This document shows, piece by piece, positions 11,801 to 24,469 of a stretch of 54,613 nt of DNA. The stretch spans positions 59,435,085 through 59,489,697 of the forward strand of contig NC_068986.1 of NCBI RefSeq assembly GCF_001194135.2, read 5' to 3'. How positions within the stretch are numbered: position 1 is the first letter of the stretch; each line of letters begins with the position of its first letter. A program made the position numbers and the translations under genes. The stretch is from Octopus bimaculoides (taxonomy: Eukaryota). A model generated the notes under the pieces. It was not told where the DNA came from. It saw only the letters and a program-made list of their open reading frames with translations, and made no database searches.

Positions 11801-13838
11801 TTTCAATCTTTAATTTGTAATTTGTTTGTTTTCTTTCTAACCTGTTAAACAGTAAACAAAATGAAGCACACACTTAAAAGAAAGCTTAATACACGAAACA
11901 CATATATTGTTTAGACAATGAATTACTCTTAAAAAGCACTAGTTGTTGACATGTTAAATGCAGGAAGTAGCTAACTAGAAAAGCTATGGACTGATAACTG
12001 ATATTAGACAAAGTCTTGTTATTTTGATTCGTTTGGCATTTACGGGAAATAACTCTAGGCGTATTTTAGCCTTATGAAACCTCCTCAGCGAACATTTTCA
12101 TTTCTCCTACACCAACAAGTATCAATTTTGTTCTTGTACATTACCTAAATGATTCTTTCATTGTCACACCAAAAAGTATGATAAAATAAGTTTTGCTTGA
12201 TTATTGGGATCAACTAAATTAAATACAACCCCACTTACCCTGAAAAAAAGATAAATTTTTGTGATTTTCTACCTGTTAGAAGTCATTATTTTTATGATTT
12301 TCTTTTTACAACCCCTGGTTATCTTAAATTTTGTATTATTTGACATTAAGTGGGTGAATGACATATCTTTCACTGGATAGAATGCTAAACTACCAATGGT
12401 AAATATTTTATCTTCTTAAAACAAAATGCAATCAATAGATTTGTTGTATCTTCTCCTTGGAAACATTGCTGTACCATTCAAAAAAATCAAAGCACCAAAG
12501 TTTCACCTGGTTTATAAAGTAGGCTAGCATATTTAATGTGGTTTACCAAGAAATTTTGATTAAAAGTACAGAAAAATGGTAATTTAAATGGGTAGCTGCC
12601 ATCACAATAAATAAATAAAGATAGTGAGTGAGTTTGTTCTTCAATAATAGGGTGATAACTTTGGACAAGCTCTAGAATTATTAGACTTCATTATTAAATC
12701 ATAGTATTAACTTGTTTCCTCTATCTTACCAACTAGGTTTTTTTGTACTCTTTACATGCTTCTGTAGATGTAAATGCTACAAAGCCAAAGATATAAACAT
12801 TTGAAAATAATGTCTTTACATTTTCAAAGTATTAAGTATAAAATATAATTGATGATAAAGTAACTCAATATGTCGCACAGCTTATCTCTGATATTTTGAA
12901 GTGAAATGGGTAATGAGCAAATATTCTTCTCAGCTCTTTGATACAATGCTAACTGTTGCTAACAAATAGTAACTTTACTTAGAATTGAAAGACCTTGAAA
13001 ATTGTGCTGATGATGAACAAGTTAAGGCTTGATTGAAAGGAAATATGATTAAAAGCTTTCCAACCACAATCATCCTATTTTATTTTCTAGGTACTGTGTA
13101 CTCAGTAGCACATTTTCTAAATGATGGTAGAGTTTGATTTGAAGAAGATTTGGCTTCTATTTCTCAGAAGTTAAGCAACTGTTTTGAAGCCCCCTCTTTG
13201 TTTCAACTATTTTGTTGGCTTGATTCCCTTATTAGCTATTATCTAATTAAGTCAACTGAAACAATTGGAATTGTGTACCTTATACTGAAACAATAGAGTA
13301 TCAACCATTTAATATGAAATATTGGCAATGAGTATACTAAAGATTAAAAAACAACAACAATGAAAAAAAAACATTACTTATTAGTCAAATGGTGCATAGT
13401 TTCAGTTTTAGGCTATGAAGTGGATGGAGCATAGAGCTTCCACAAGGTAAGACACCAGTAATTTTACAAGTACATTCCTAAATGATTTGAAAGGCCAATA
13501 TAGAAAAAATGTTCTATGTTGAAATGCAACAGCATATTTAAATTCAAACCACAATATTTTATAATTTTCTCAGACTGACTTGGCAATTTTTTTTTACTAG
13601 AATAAGAATAAAACAAAATCATACAGTGAAAATCTGGATTAAAGTAATGCTGCACTGAATATTTTAGCTGTGTAACTTTCTGTGCTGTGTTACCATGTTG
13701 AGTATCTACTAGTTATCACTAAACTTAGTTTAGTGACGACTAGTGGATAATCAACACCTTTTGTTATCAAGATGTATTAGTGAACTGGTAATTGCATTGA
13801 TTGTATAAATTCAAGCATATTGGCAGTAGCTAATAAAC

Positions 13839-14034
13839 CTTTCTATTATAAGCACAAGGCCTGGTTTTTGAGGGAAGGAGTAAGTCAATTATATTAACCC
13901 CAGTGCACAACTAGTACTTAATTCATCAACCCCAAAAGGATGAAAGGCACTTGATGGAATTTGAACTCAGAACATAATGACGGATGAAATGTCACTAAAC
14001 ATTTCGTTTGGTGCGGTAACAATTCTGCCAGCTC
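13839..14034 (-). mobile_element. SINE family B (tail type 1)
   Basis: CACAAGGCCTG...GGATGAAAGGCAC...GGAATTTGAACTCAGAAC...AATTCTGCCAGCTC, reverse complement of family B. Confidence 0.75.
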
Positions 14035-14456
14035 TAATAAGTGCAAACAATATTCATAAGAGTATTAAAATTTGGATTTATACCTTTGTTTACTAAGACA
14101 ACAATACCCATATTCTATGTGAGAAAACTTACATTAGTGAGGCCATGAAGCCCGACAAAAAAGAAAAGACAAACCCAAAAGTGTTCTGATAAGAAAAATA
14201 ATGATCTTCATTCTCTTAAGACACCGAAAGAAAAAAATGAAAACAAAAGGCATTGGAAGGGGCGATACATGCTCTGTGTGCAGATGAATTTTTCCACAAA
14301 TTATAGTGTGGCTTACAATGCGTTGCTTACTCATGCTATTTAATTGAACTGAATTATATATATATTTTTTCTTAAAATATCACCATTATAGTATTTATAC
14401 TCCTGTAAAATTAAGAAATCAACTCATTAATAAATGAAACCCTCAAATCCATCACT

Positions 14457-14490
<34 letters not shown>

Positions 14491-14789
14491 CTATGTATGT
14501 ATTTATGTATATTTAAAGATAATCAAGTCAAATTTTCGTCATTTCAAGCCACTCACCCAATGAGTATTTCTCCTAAATTTGGTGAAAATCTGTTCAGTCA
14601 TTTTCCAGTATTTTTCCAAACACAGACAAACAGACAAAGACAAGTGGTTACAATACTCTACTTTTGCTTACACACACAGGGTAAAAATTAGAAATTGATC
14701 AAATTTTAAGGCTTTCTTTAAAATACTTTCCATGAATGAAGCTGGTTTTAGCAATGCAAATGCAGTTTTAATGAAGCACAGAAACGTAT

Positions 14790-15400
14790 GAATGAGGATT
14801 GAAAGTATCATGCAGTGTCTCTCTTAAGGTAGTAAAGAAATGATAATCATATGATATCGGTGGGTTGGTCATAATTAAAGCAATTAAAGCAATTAAGGAA
14901 GTGACTGAAACTTATGAAGAAAGACTGTTGACCCATTTTAAAAAGTATGCTACCAACTGCATATACAGTGCAACAATGTATTGATGAGATTGTCAATGAT
15001 GTGGAAACAGACTTAGTTTCTGAGCTTCAGCCATGCAAGTTTTACCATCCTACTCAACAAATCAACTGTAGGTAGTTCAAATTTTCTTATGACATGTGAG
15101 GGATCACAGTCTATGCCTAAAGTATCTTAATGATGAATTTTTGTTTCCTTATAAATGAAGCAAAAAGTGAATCAACTCTTCAGTGCTTGAAAGACTATTT
15201 GAAAGAAAATATTCTATTCTGGAATACTACATCAGTGGCTATGAATTGTACACCATTGGTAGTAACAGAAGATTCGCCATCATACTTGAGGAAAAGTTTA
15301 TCCATGTACATACTGTTCACAGACACCCATCTGGAACTGCATGATACCTTAAAAGTGTATATCAGAGGTCAATTGATAAAATTAAAGCACATTTAGAAAC
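14790..15400 (+). mobile_element. hAT transposase relic (Charlie/Buster, ZBED8/SCAND3-like)
   Basis: Frame-broken peptides GLKVSCSVSL..IKEVTET, TVQQCIDEIVNDVETDLVSELQ, LKDYLKENI and ELHDTLKVYIR follow the order of Buster-type transposases. Confidence 0.65.
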
Positions 15401-15610
15401 ACACAAAAGCCGTTAGATTCACTTCAACATTTAGATTTAATTTGTCAAAATATTTTCGTCACTTTGAAACTGCGACCTGTTCACTGAAAAAATTCTGTGC
15501 AGCAGAACAACTTCCACGCTACAATTGTTGTTAATGTAATTTTTCTCAAAGTCGAAATGCAGTAAATATTACTCATTGTATCCCTAACTCTAAACATCAA
15601 AGAGAGATAT

Positions 15611-15842
15611 ATTTTTTTATTGCCCACAAGGGGCTAAACATAGAGGGGACAAACAAGAACATACAAAGAGATTAAGTCGATTACAATGACCCCAGTGCGT
15701 AACTGGTACTTATTTAATTGACTCTGAAAAGATGAAAGGCAAAGTCAACCTCGGCGGAATTTGAACTCAGAACGTAGTGGCAGATGAAATACCGCTAAGC
15801 ATTTCGCCCAGCATGCTAACGTTTCTGCCAGCTCACCACCTT
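15611..15842 (-). mobile_element. SINE family B (tail type 2)
   Basis: Family B head and core with the alternative tail TTATTGCCCACAAGGGGCTAAACATAGAGGGGACAAACAAG (plus-strand reading). Confidence 0.85.
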
Positions 15843-15922
15843 ACATCAAAGAGAGATAAGCTGCACAATACATTTTCATCACTGAAACCCCTACCTTTTG
15901 ATTTACAATGTTGATATACTAA

Positions 15923-16320
15923 TAGCATTGTCTAATAACAATGAATGAGACAAGTGTCTCATTCTACCAACTAAATTTTTAGCCTGTGCGATATAGCAGT
16001 TAAAACCAAATTTTCATAGCTGAAGAATGTTTCATCTGTGCAAAAGATCAAAGCTGTCTGCTTGACTGTTAGAGGTCATCTTCTGGCAAGAGGCGAGGTG
16101 AATGGATCAGTTAGCCTTTTCAACACTCTGCGATGAGTTAGGTGCCAAACAGTGTTCATAGGTGAAAAGGTGTTAAATTTTCAAATATCTGAGTACGCCA
16201 TATCATGCCACAGCTTCATGCTGATTGGTCGATTTATAGAGCAATCATATGTAACTGTGGTGGCTCACTCATTATGCCTAACCAAGTATCTAGCAGTTAG
16301 AGTTCAAATCACTACAAGTA
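15923..16320 (+). repeat. Locally triplicated unclassified repeat, copy 1
   Basis: Shares long blocks with 17590-17855 and 19442-19651, e.g. GATGAGTTAGGTGCCAAACAG..TAGGTGAAAAGGTG and AAAACCAAATTTTCATAGCTGAA.AATGTTTCATCTGTGCAAAAGATCAAAGCTGTCTGCTTGA. Confidence 0.8.
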
Positions 16321-16399
16321 GGTTCCTCCCAGTTCTTTTTGGTGAAAAAAAAAAAAATGAAATAATAAAACAGAATATTGACATAGAAATACATGCCAA

Positions 16400-17480
16400 C
16401 ACAAGTGCAAAAAAGAACCAAGACATGCATTGAATACAGAATATGTGCTGAGATAAAGTTCATGTAACAATGATAGGTCTGTAAGATATGCAAACAGTTC
16501 TGCAGTTCTTTTTTTTTTTAAGCAAAATAAAAAGAAATTTTCTTTTTGCTTAGAAAAAGTGAGCCAGTGTATTATCAGAGTGCAAAGCATTGATTTAAAA
16601 ATGGTATAGTGCATTTGCTGCAGGACTTTTAGCATCCTTTGTATGATGAAAACCAACAAAATGTTGTGGGTCTCCCACAAGGACTGAATGAATGATTTCT
16701 TAAAGTCCTCTAGCCATGAGAATTTGAGCACAGAACATTGAGGCAATTGCATGAATCTATCTGTCAGAGCCTCAATTTTGTCTTTGGTCATCTTACAAAA
16801 AATTGCCAGACTAAAGGAAATAGAAGAGATGAAGGTAGGAGGATAAGTATCTGCATTAGAAGTATTGGAAGAGGAAATATCCATAATACCATATGAAGTT
16901 GCCATATTTAAGTGCAAATTATTTGGAATCACTCAAATGAAAAGGATATGGAAACATTAGATATCAGTTATTGTGAACTTGGGAAGGTTCTGGATATAAT
17001 CCACTCTGAAATCATATGGTTGAAGGTTGGTTTTGACTGTATGTCAGTGGATAAAAAATACATCTTACCTATTAACAGATGCATATCAATGTTATAGCTT
17101 AAAAAAATCGGGGTTGCAGTGGTAAAACTTATGAACTTTTGGCATCTGTCCTTTTAAACTTGGTTGTGTTCTGATTCATGTCCATTGCTACATTAGGTAG
17201 TTGATTTTCATGAGATTGGTAAGTTGGATATTGTTGCAATTTTCCCTGTTTTGGAAATCACCAAATATTGAGTGTCATCAATATGTTGTGGGGTTGGATT
17301 GATTGCTCATATTGAGCTGGTTAATGGTAATATATTTTAAATGCCTGAGTTGCAATGGATGGCTTTACATGTGGAAAATCATTGCCTGCATGAATAATAA
17401 CTGAAGCAAATTCATAAACATTTAACTTCAGTATTTATTACCAGGCATGATATTTGGTGTTGGATATTTACAATAAAAGA
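16400..17480 (-). mobile_element. Highly degenerate hAT (Charlie-type) transposase relic
   Basis: ORF 16312-16932 contains HYTIFKSMLC..IHWL and ELFAYLTDLSLLHELYLS, resembling the WL..G and AYL.D...LNELNL.LQG motifs. Weak similarity only. Confidence 0.35.
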
Positions 17481-17589
17481 TTAATAATATAAGTGCTGAC
17501 AAGGAGGAGAGAAAAACCATGCTGTGTCTGTAGAAGTTACTTATAGGACATTATGTAAATGTTCAGAATCAGTATGTGCAAAAGATTGA

Positions 17590-17855
17590 ACCATCTTCTT
17601 GAATGCCAGAGGTTGTCTGCCAGGCAAGAGGTGAGGCATGTGAATCAGTTGGCTGCACTCAGCACTCTGTGATGAGTTAGGTGCCAAACAGTTTTTATAG
17701 GTGAAAAGGTGCTAAATTTTAGAACATTTGAGTGAGCCATATCATGCCACAACTTCATGCTGATTGGTCAATTTATAAATCAATTACATGAAACTGTGGT
17801 GGCTCACTCATGACACCTAACCGAGTATCTAGTGATTAGGGTTTGAATTACTACG
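17590..17855 (+). repeat. Locally triplicated unclassified repeat, copy 2 (3' part)
   Basis: Aligns by eye to ~16060-16320. Confidence 0.75.
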
Positions 17856-19441
17856 TCACTAACAGAATTACAACATAATCATAAAAGAAAATTACTATGG
17901 ATCAAAAAGACTGAAGAATTATTGCAACTCTGAAATTCAGAGTCATCTTCTCGTGATCTTCATCTCTAGATTACCATCACATTCTAATGTTTCACAAATT
18001 TGTGTGATGTTTCTATTGGATTTTTTTTAGACCTTTTGTTCTGGAAAATCATAAACAAACTGTTTTTTCTGTCTGACATAAATACCTGGACTCACATTTT
18101 TTACACTCAACAATGACACAGGATTTGAGTTAAGAACATAAAGAGCTGGAACAAATACTGCCAAGCATTGTACCTGGCACTAATTCTGACCAAATACTCT
18201 AAGCTTAGTGGTTAAATCATTTTTACTTACATTCCCAAAATTATACATGAATGAAGCTGGTTTTAGGAATGCAAATGCTGTTTTAATGAAGCACAGAAAC
18301 ATTAAATGTAGAAGAGTGTTGTGCCAAATGACTAAAACTCATTACTCTTCAACCAGATGTTACTTCTTCTAAAGCACATCACACACCTTGCTCCCATTAA
18401 TAATGTTGATGAATTCAACATAAAAATTTATATTATTATAATGCATTTATTGTTACTTTTATTATTTATAATATATGGTGGTGATGGTAGAATTACTTGT
18501 GTTAGACAAAATGCCTTGCTGTATTATGCTGGTTCTTTACAGTCTTCATTAAGATCCAGCTGAAGTCGTTTTGTCTCTTATCCTTCTAGAGTTGATGAAA
18601 AATCACAAGTATCAATCAAGTATTGTGATTAATTTAATCAACTACAAATCAAGAGTTGGAGTTCCAGAGACATTCCAGCATTGCCTTTAACTTTGTTTTG
18701 GCCATTCCTGACATAGATATCAAGTGCTGGTACCCCTTCCTTGAGCAATATTGATGGTATGAAGAGAGAAAACTTACTGCATGTACCACCTGATCCAGTC
18801 CTGCACCCTAGAGTGGATCTCTTATGTCAACTCTGTATGTTCCAGCAATGCACACTAAAACTATATTTTTCAGGTGCAAATCCATGGTTATATGAGACAT
18901 GGATACCAAAGAAAATTATTTATGGAAATTTTTTTTTCTCAATACTATTACTATTTTTATAGTCATTAATAATAATATCCTTGTTTATTAATTTTTATCT
19001 ATTCATTACATACCTGGGCTTGATGACAGCTCAAGGATTCCATAAAGGGATCACTGGTCAAAAAAGTTTCAGGGACTCCTGACTTAGAGCTTTCAATGAA
19101 CTGTCTTTGAAGAACACTAGAAAATGATGATCTGCTTTGATTGCCATGTGGTGTGGAAAGTTTAATGTTTTGAACCCTAGCATCTGTTTCTATTTACTCT
19201 ATTCAATGGTAAAAGTTTAGACATTTAAATTTTCTGTTTTATCATAATTGAGCTCACCAGCATGCTATGAATTCTCCATTTAATTTATTGTTGTCATCAA
19301 AGCCTCACTTCTTTCCTCTTACTCAAAACCTTATCCTTGTGTTACCAAGGTTTGAACTCATCACCCTGTGATATGTTAGTCTGTTATTTAACACCATAAC
19401 AATCTTACAGCAATTGTTTGAGGACTGAGTTAATATACCAT

Positions 19442-19651
19442 TAGCATTGTCTGCGACAAGTGTCTCATTCCACCCACTAAATTTTTAGCCTGTGAGAAAT
19501 AGCAGTTAAAACCAAATTTTCATAGCTGAAAAATGTTTCATCTGTGCAAAAGATCAAAGCTGTCTGCTTGAGAGTCAGCGGTCATTTTCTGGCAAGAAGT
19601 GAGGTGAGTGAATCAGTTGCCAAATAGTGTTTATAGGTGAAAAGGTGTTAC
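19442..19651 (+). repeat. Locally triplicated unclassified repeat, copy 3 (5' part with a deletion)
   Basis: Aligns by eye to 15923-16175. Confidence 0.8.
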
Positions 19652-19957
19652 CTTAAAAAGCATTGGGTAATATCATGTATTGAGGACTACATTATCCACT
19701 ATGTCTTCTTCTTTTCAACATGCACAGTGTAATTTGATGGCCAAATTTAGTTGCTATTTTTAGCAGGCCAAACAATAACATAGAGAGAGGCACTCTCATT
19801 TAGCAAAGTGTTTTGAGATTATATGCTCTCAGCCTTCACCAATTGGTCAACTGACTTGGTCAATTCCCCCTCCCTCTACATTCAGTAATAATGGAACAAG
19901 ACATACACATATTTTTTGCTAACTGCTGTTATAAAAGCCCACCCATTTATATATACA

Positions 19958-20063
<106 letters not shown>

Positions 20064-20064
20064 T

Positions 20065-20215
20065 ACGTGGCTGTGTGGTAAGAAGCTTGCTTCCCCACAA
20101 TATGGTTCCAGGTTCAGTCCCACTGTGTGGCACCTTATACTATAGCCTTATACTAAGCCTAGTGAATGTAGTTGGTGGATGGAAACTGAAAGAAGCCCAT
20201 TGTATGTATGTATGT
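20065..20215 (+). mobile_element. SINE family A, 5' part
   Basis: GTGGCTGTGTGGTAAGAAGCTTGCTTCCCC...GGTTCAGTCCCACTG...GGAAACTGAAAGAAGCCC. Confidence 0.8.
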
Positions 20216-20339
20216 ATATATATCTATATAATATTTCTTATTTCAGAAGTAGCTAATTAATCTTAAATTAATTCAACTTTATTTTTCCGTTTTGTTGAAA
20301 TTCACTTACAATTTACGCAGACACTTACAGGTGTGTTAC

Positions 20340-20670
20340 TTTTTTTCGAAATGAGTGAAATGTGTGTTATAAACGATATTTTGAGAAATAGTTTTTCGAA
20401 AAGAGACTTCGATGGAAAACAATTAATTATAAACGGTGGGAGACCAACACTGAATTTACCTAATTTGCGAAGCTACAATAAGAAATTCATGAGACAATTT
20501 CAGGTTAATTTGTATGAAAAGAAAAAAATGGTTAACTGGAAGTGTTTCACTTAATAAATTATTCTGTTGGCCTTGTTTACTTTTTTGCTTAGAAAAGAAT
20601 GTTTGGAATGATAAAGGCTATGATGATTTAGATAATTTCAAATTGATTCGGCTCAACCAATAAGTATAGG
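20340..20670 (+). mobile_element. hAT transposase N-terminal fragment with TTF-type zinc finger (Tip100/ZMYM1-like)
   Basis: With one frameshift in the A-run at ~20522 it reads RQFQVNLYEK-KWLTGSVSLNKLFCWPCLLFCLEKNVWNDKGYDDLDNF, the W..G...N.LFCWPCLLF...W...G pattern of ZnF_TTF hAT transposases. Confidence 0.65.
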
Positions 20671-20687
20671 GCCTAATGCAGAATCAC

Positions 20688-20844
20688 NNNNNNNNNNNNN
20701 NNNNNNNNNNNNNNNNNNNNNNNNNNNNNNNNNNNNNNNNNNNNNNNNNNNNNNNNNNNNNNNNNNNNNNNNNNNNNNNNNNNNNNNNNNNNNNNNNNNN
20801 NNNNNNNNNNNNNNNNNNNNNNNNNNNNNNNNNNNNNNNNNNNN
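20688..20844. other. Assembly gap (N run)
   Basis: 157 N. Confidence 1.
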
Positions 20845-22662
20845 TTGCATGCCCAACCCCAGAAGTCACCACATGCCACTGGTCCTCATCATTTCTCAGA
20901 GTTGATGGAAAATTCGATCAGACAAGGGACTGGACTTCAATTTGTTCATAGTCTTGATAACTAACTAGCACACCATCCAACCTACTGTTCATATTTTTTG
21001 CCACTAAATGTTGCCAGTGTGCCAAGTAACGAACAGTTAGTATTTGGTGGGAAATTTCATGCTTTAGGAGAGATGAAAAACCTCTGTATCTTCCTATCAC
21101 CGAAAGGGCTCCATCAGACACACCAGCAAGAATATTACTGAGTGGGATATTATGTTCAAAAAAGTTGCACCTCTTGAACCAAGCGGCAATTTCTGTGAAC
21201 AGCATTTCCTCAGAAGGTTGAAGGTCTTCACTGAAGTAGCAAACATATACCATCATCAAACATTGATTGTCCACAACAGTTGACTCATCCACTTGTACAG
21301 AAATTTCAGAACGCTGGAGAATATTAATGAGCTGATGTTTGACATTGTTGGCCATTTCATTGATGCTTCGAGAAATTGTGTTATTACTCAGAGGGATCTT
21401 CTTCATAATGTTATTGGGTTTTTCGTGCATAAAGGTTGACAAAAACCTCTTCGATAACTGGACAAAGTAATGTTTCTCCATTTGTGTGAAACTTCCCAGA
21501 CTTAGCAATAAGCAATGCAATCAACCTGTCATCATGTTTACTAGTTTCCTGGAGTAGTGTGTTGAATCTTTGTACTTACATTTTGAAAGAGGAGCTCAGT
21601 TGCAAAAAGTATGATAACAGCTTGTCCTTCTTGTCAGAATACTTTGCATCAATGTTTGATGCAAAGAAGACACATTCGTAACTGACAGTTCTGAGGAGAA
21701 GAAATAAATCGAAACGATAAATAATCACTACTGTACTGTCGACAAATTTTCTTGACTGGAGGCATCAGTAAAGTGAAAATGTGAAAACAAATTTCTACAG
21801 ATGGTGTCAGAAAGGCAGTATGGTATTCCCAGTAGAGCAGAGTCAGATGATATGTCTTTACTGGAGCAAATGCGGATCTAGTTCATTTGGCTGCCAGCAT
21901 TTCAAAANNNNNNNNNNCAGTAGAGCAGAGTCAGATGATATGTCTTTACTGGAGCAAATGCGGATCTAGTTCATTTGGCTGCCAGCATTTCAAAAATTAA
22001 AGTTTATCGAAAATTTTAAAATTTGGCACATTAATGTACCTTTCCAAGCTAAATTGCTGGAGTTATTCAACTTTTTCCAGAAAAATGTTTTAAAAAAGTT
22101 ATAGAGGTTTAAAGTTTGGTCATTTTCACCCAGTCAAGAAATACGATTTCAAAGCTGTCATTTTGTATGTGTCTGCATATTTTGTCAACATGCTGAAAAT
22201 GGTACTTGTGTTTTGATATGAAACCACAGAATTACGCACAACATATAACCCCTTATACCTTTGTTTTTTAGAGTTTTCAGGAAATTTTTGAGAATTTGAA
22301 TTCTACACACAGGACTTCATATGATTATCCTCATCCCCCACCATAAAAAAATTTGTAGTGGAGTGTGATTTAAGGCCTCAGCCTATTTGGCTGCTATTTT
22401 TAGCATGCTTGACAACCGTCTCAATGACTGCGACAAAAATATTCGATCGATAAACAATCGATCGATATTTTTAATACAAAGGGATGTCTCATGTGAGCAG
22501 TCAAATCAATAAAAGTACATCCTTATTCTAGGCATGCCTAGATATCAGTAAATGCAGACTTAATTTCTAAACATTCATTGTCACCTACAAAATGTTCATA
22601 TCGCCCGCCAAAATCTCAAATCGCCCACCTGTTAGTTGAATTGCGCACTTTAGGAAGCTATG
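20845..22662 (-). mobile_element. hAT DNA transposon (Buster/Charlie, SCAND3/ZBED8-like), 5' part with decayed transposase
   Basis: Putative TIR CATAGCTTCCTAAAGTGCGC at 22662. ATG at 21765 begins MPPVKKICRQYSSDYLSFRFISSPQNCQLRMCLLC. ORF 20918-21520 has KKIPLSNNTISRSINEMA, SVQVDESTV, SDGA..VIGRYRGF and HWQHLVAK. The element runs into the gap. Confidence 0.85.
21830..21995. other. 10-N gap (21908-21917) flanked by an identical 78-bp duplicate; probable assembly overlap artefact
   Basis: 21830-21907 equals 21918-21995. Confidence 0.8.
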
Positions 22663-23318
22663 CGTTAATGTGTCACTGTAACATATTGAGATATATCCTG
22701 CTTTATGTTTCCTTTGTTACAATTGCTATTGCATTTACTTGACGTGACAGTAAGCCCATTCTCATGCTATTCATAATACAGTTTGTTAGGGGTGATGGTA
22801 GAAGTAATATAAGAGGTGTTAGTAATAGCAGTAGTGGCGGTGGTGGTGATACACCTTGTTGAAGTTGTTTAACCCCAGGTTAGCTTAGATCAAGTAGATC
22901 TATGATCAAAAGCATTCCAACTATAATCATCTTACCCCTTTTTAGAGGCATATCTAACATTATATTATCTACCTGTAATATGTATTGGGTATGATTTGGA
23001 AGAAATTTAGCTGCTATTTCTAGAGTCTCTCTTTTTAGCATGAGTAGTCATTGTAGTTACCATTGTTGTTAGCTGAGATCAAACCCATTTGAATAGAGCT
23101 GAGATCAGAGGCAGTTCAGCCATGACCAGTCCATTCTTTATAGGAATAGTCATACAACTGTGATCATGCCGGGTTCTCTGCCTCAAAGAGATTAGTTATT
23201 CAAATTGATTCCAATGATTATTTTAAAGTCAGATTCTTTTCCTGTTGGTATCGTTTGCCAAAGTGCTATTTCATGGGGACAAAAACAATCCAGTACCCAT
23301 TGTCAAGCAGTGATACAT

Positions 23319-23434
<116 letters not shown>

Positions 23435-23466
23435 CATTCACCTATAGCAGTGAGTGAATGATATTC

Positions 23467-23694
23467 TTAACCCTTTAGTATTTAAACTAACCATATCTGG
23501 CTGAAATATCTTACCTGTTTCATGTTAAAACTGGCAAGGTGTGACCTCTCACACCTGCTCTACAATGTAACTCTAAAAATATACAATTGCATCATCAAAA
23601 TCTCAAAGCCACAAGATAATGCATGATGAATTCAAAACAATATTAATAAATAAGCATAACATTTGATAAAATAATTTGAATGTTAAAGGGCTAA
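23467..23694. mobile_element. piggyBac-type MITE
   Basis: TTAA|CCCTTTAGTATTTAAA ... TTTGAATGTTAAAGGG|CTAA: CCC/GGG termini, imperfect TIRs and a TTAA target duplication with one substitution. Confidence 0.7.
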
Positions 23695-24133
23695 AAATCA
23701 ATTTAGTATAATTAAACTTCCCTAAAAGTTCCAAATGAAGGGAGTCTAATACTACAAAACAACCTTTAAAGATTTGTATGGAAAAAAAAAAAATTATGAG
23801 GTAAATATATTGATGACTTGGAGAGAGAATAAGGGTGAAATTCGTATTTAAGCATATCTCATTTATTTCAGAAAAAGCAATTAGTATAATTTAATTTTAA
23901 TGAAGAGGAATCTAATACAGAATACCATTTCGAAATTGGTACTGTCAGAAAAAAACAAGTAAAGAAGTAAAAAGTGATCAAACTTGAAGGTCAACTATAG
24001 CTATGCCTTTCTCTATCTATTTATAGACATGCAGACAGTGAATGATATTTTTAAGGTTAATGTACTTTTTCACAATCATTCTATGAACTCTACTTGAATT
24101 CAGTTTTCTACCAAGTTATATGTAGTTAAGTTC

Positions 24134-24170
<37 letters not shown>

Positions 24171-24469
24171 ATGCAGATGTATACACAAAAAATTCAGTAG
24201 GATCTGAGTAAAGTAGTTTTGGGTTCATCATCATCATTTAACATCCATGTTCCATGCTGGCATGAGTTGATCATGGTAATTAGACAGATTGTAAGAAGTA
24301 GAAAGGTTGCATTCTGAGGCATAATGACTCAACAATAGATAATGAACATTTCTATGTATTAATGATTTCAAACAGTTATATTTTATATATGTACAAATGA
24401 ATTAATCATATTGACAAACATATTTGCTGGCATGTATGTAATATCTAAAACTTTACGATGCCACAAAAC

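Noticed and set aside
12232-12250. Minus-strand TTTTTTTCAG-G-GTAAGT resembling a recursive splice site or 1-nt exon
   Set aside because: Acceptor and donor are offset by one base and no transcript context supports it; such motifs arise by chance in AT-rich DNA.
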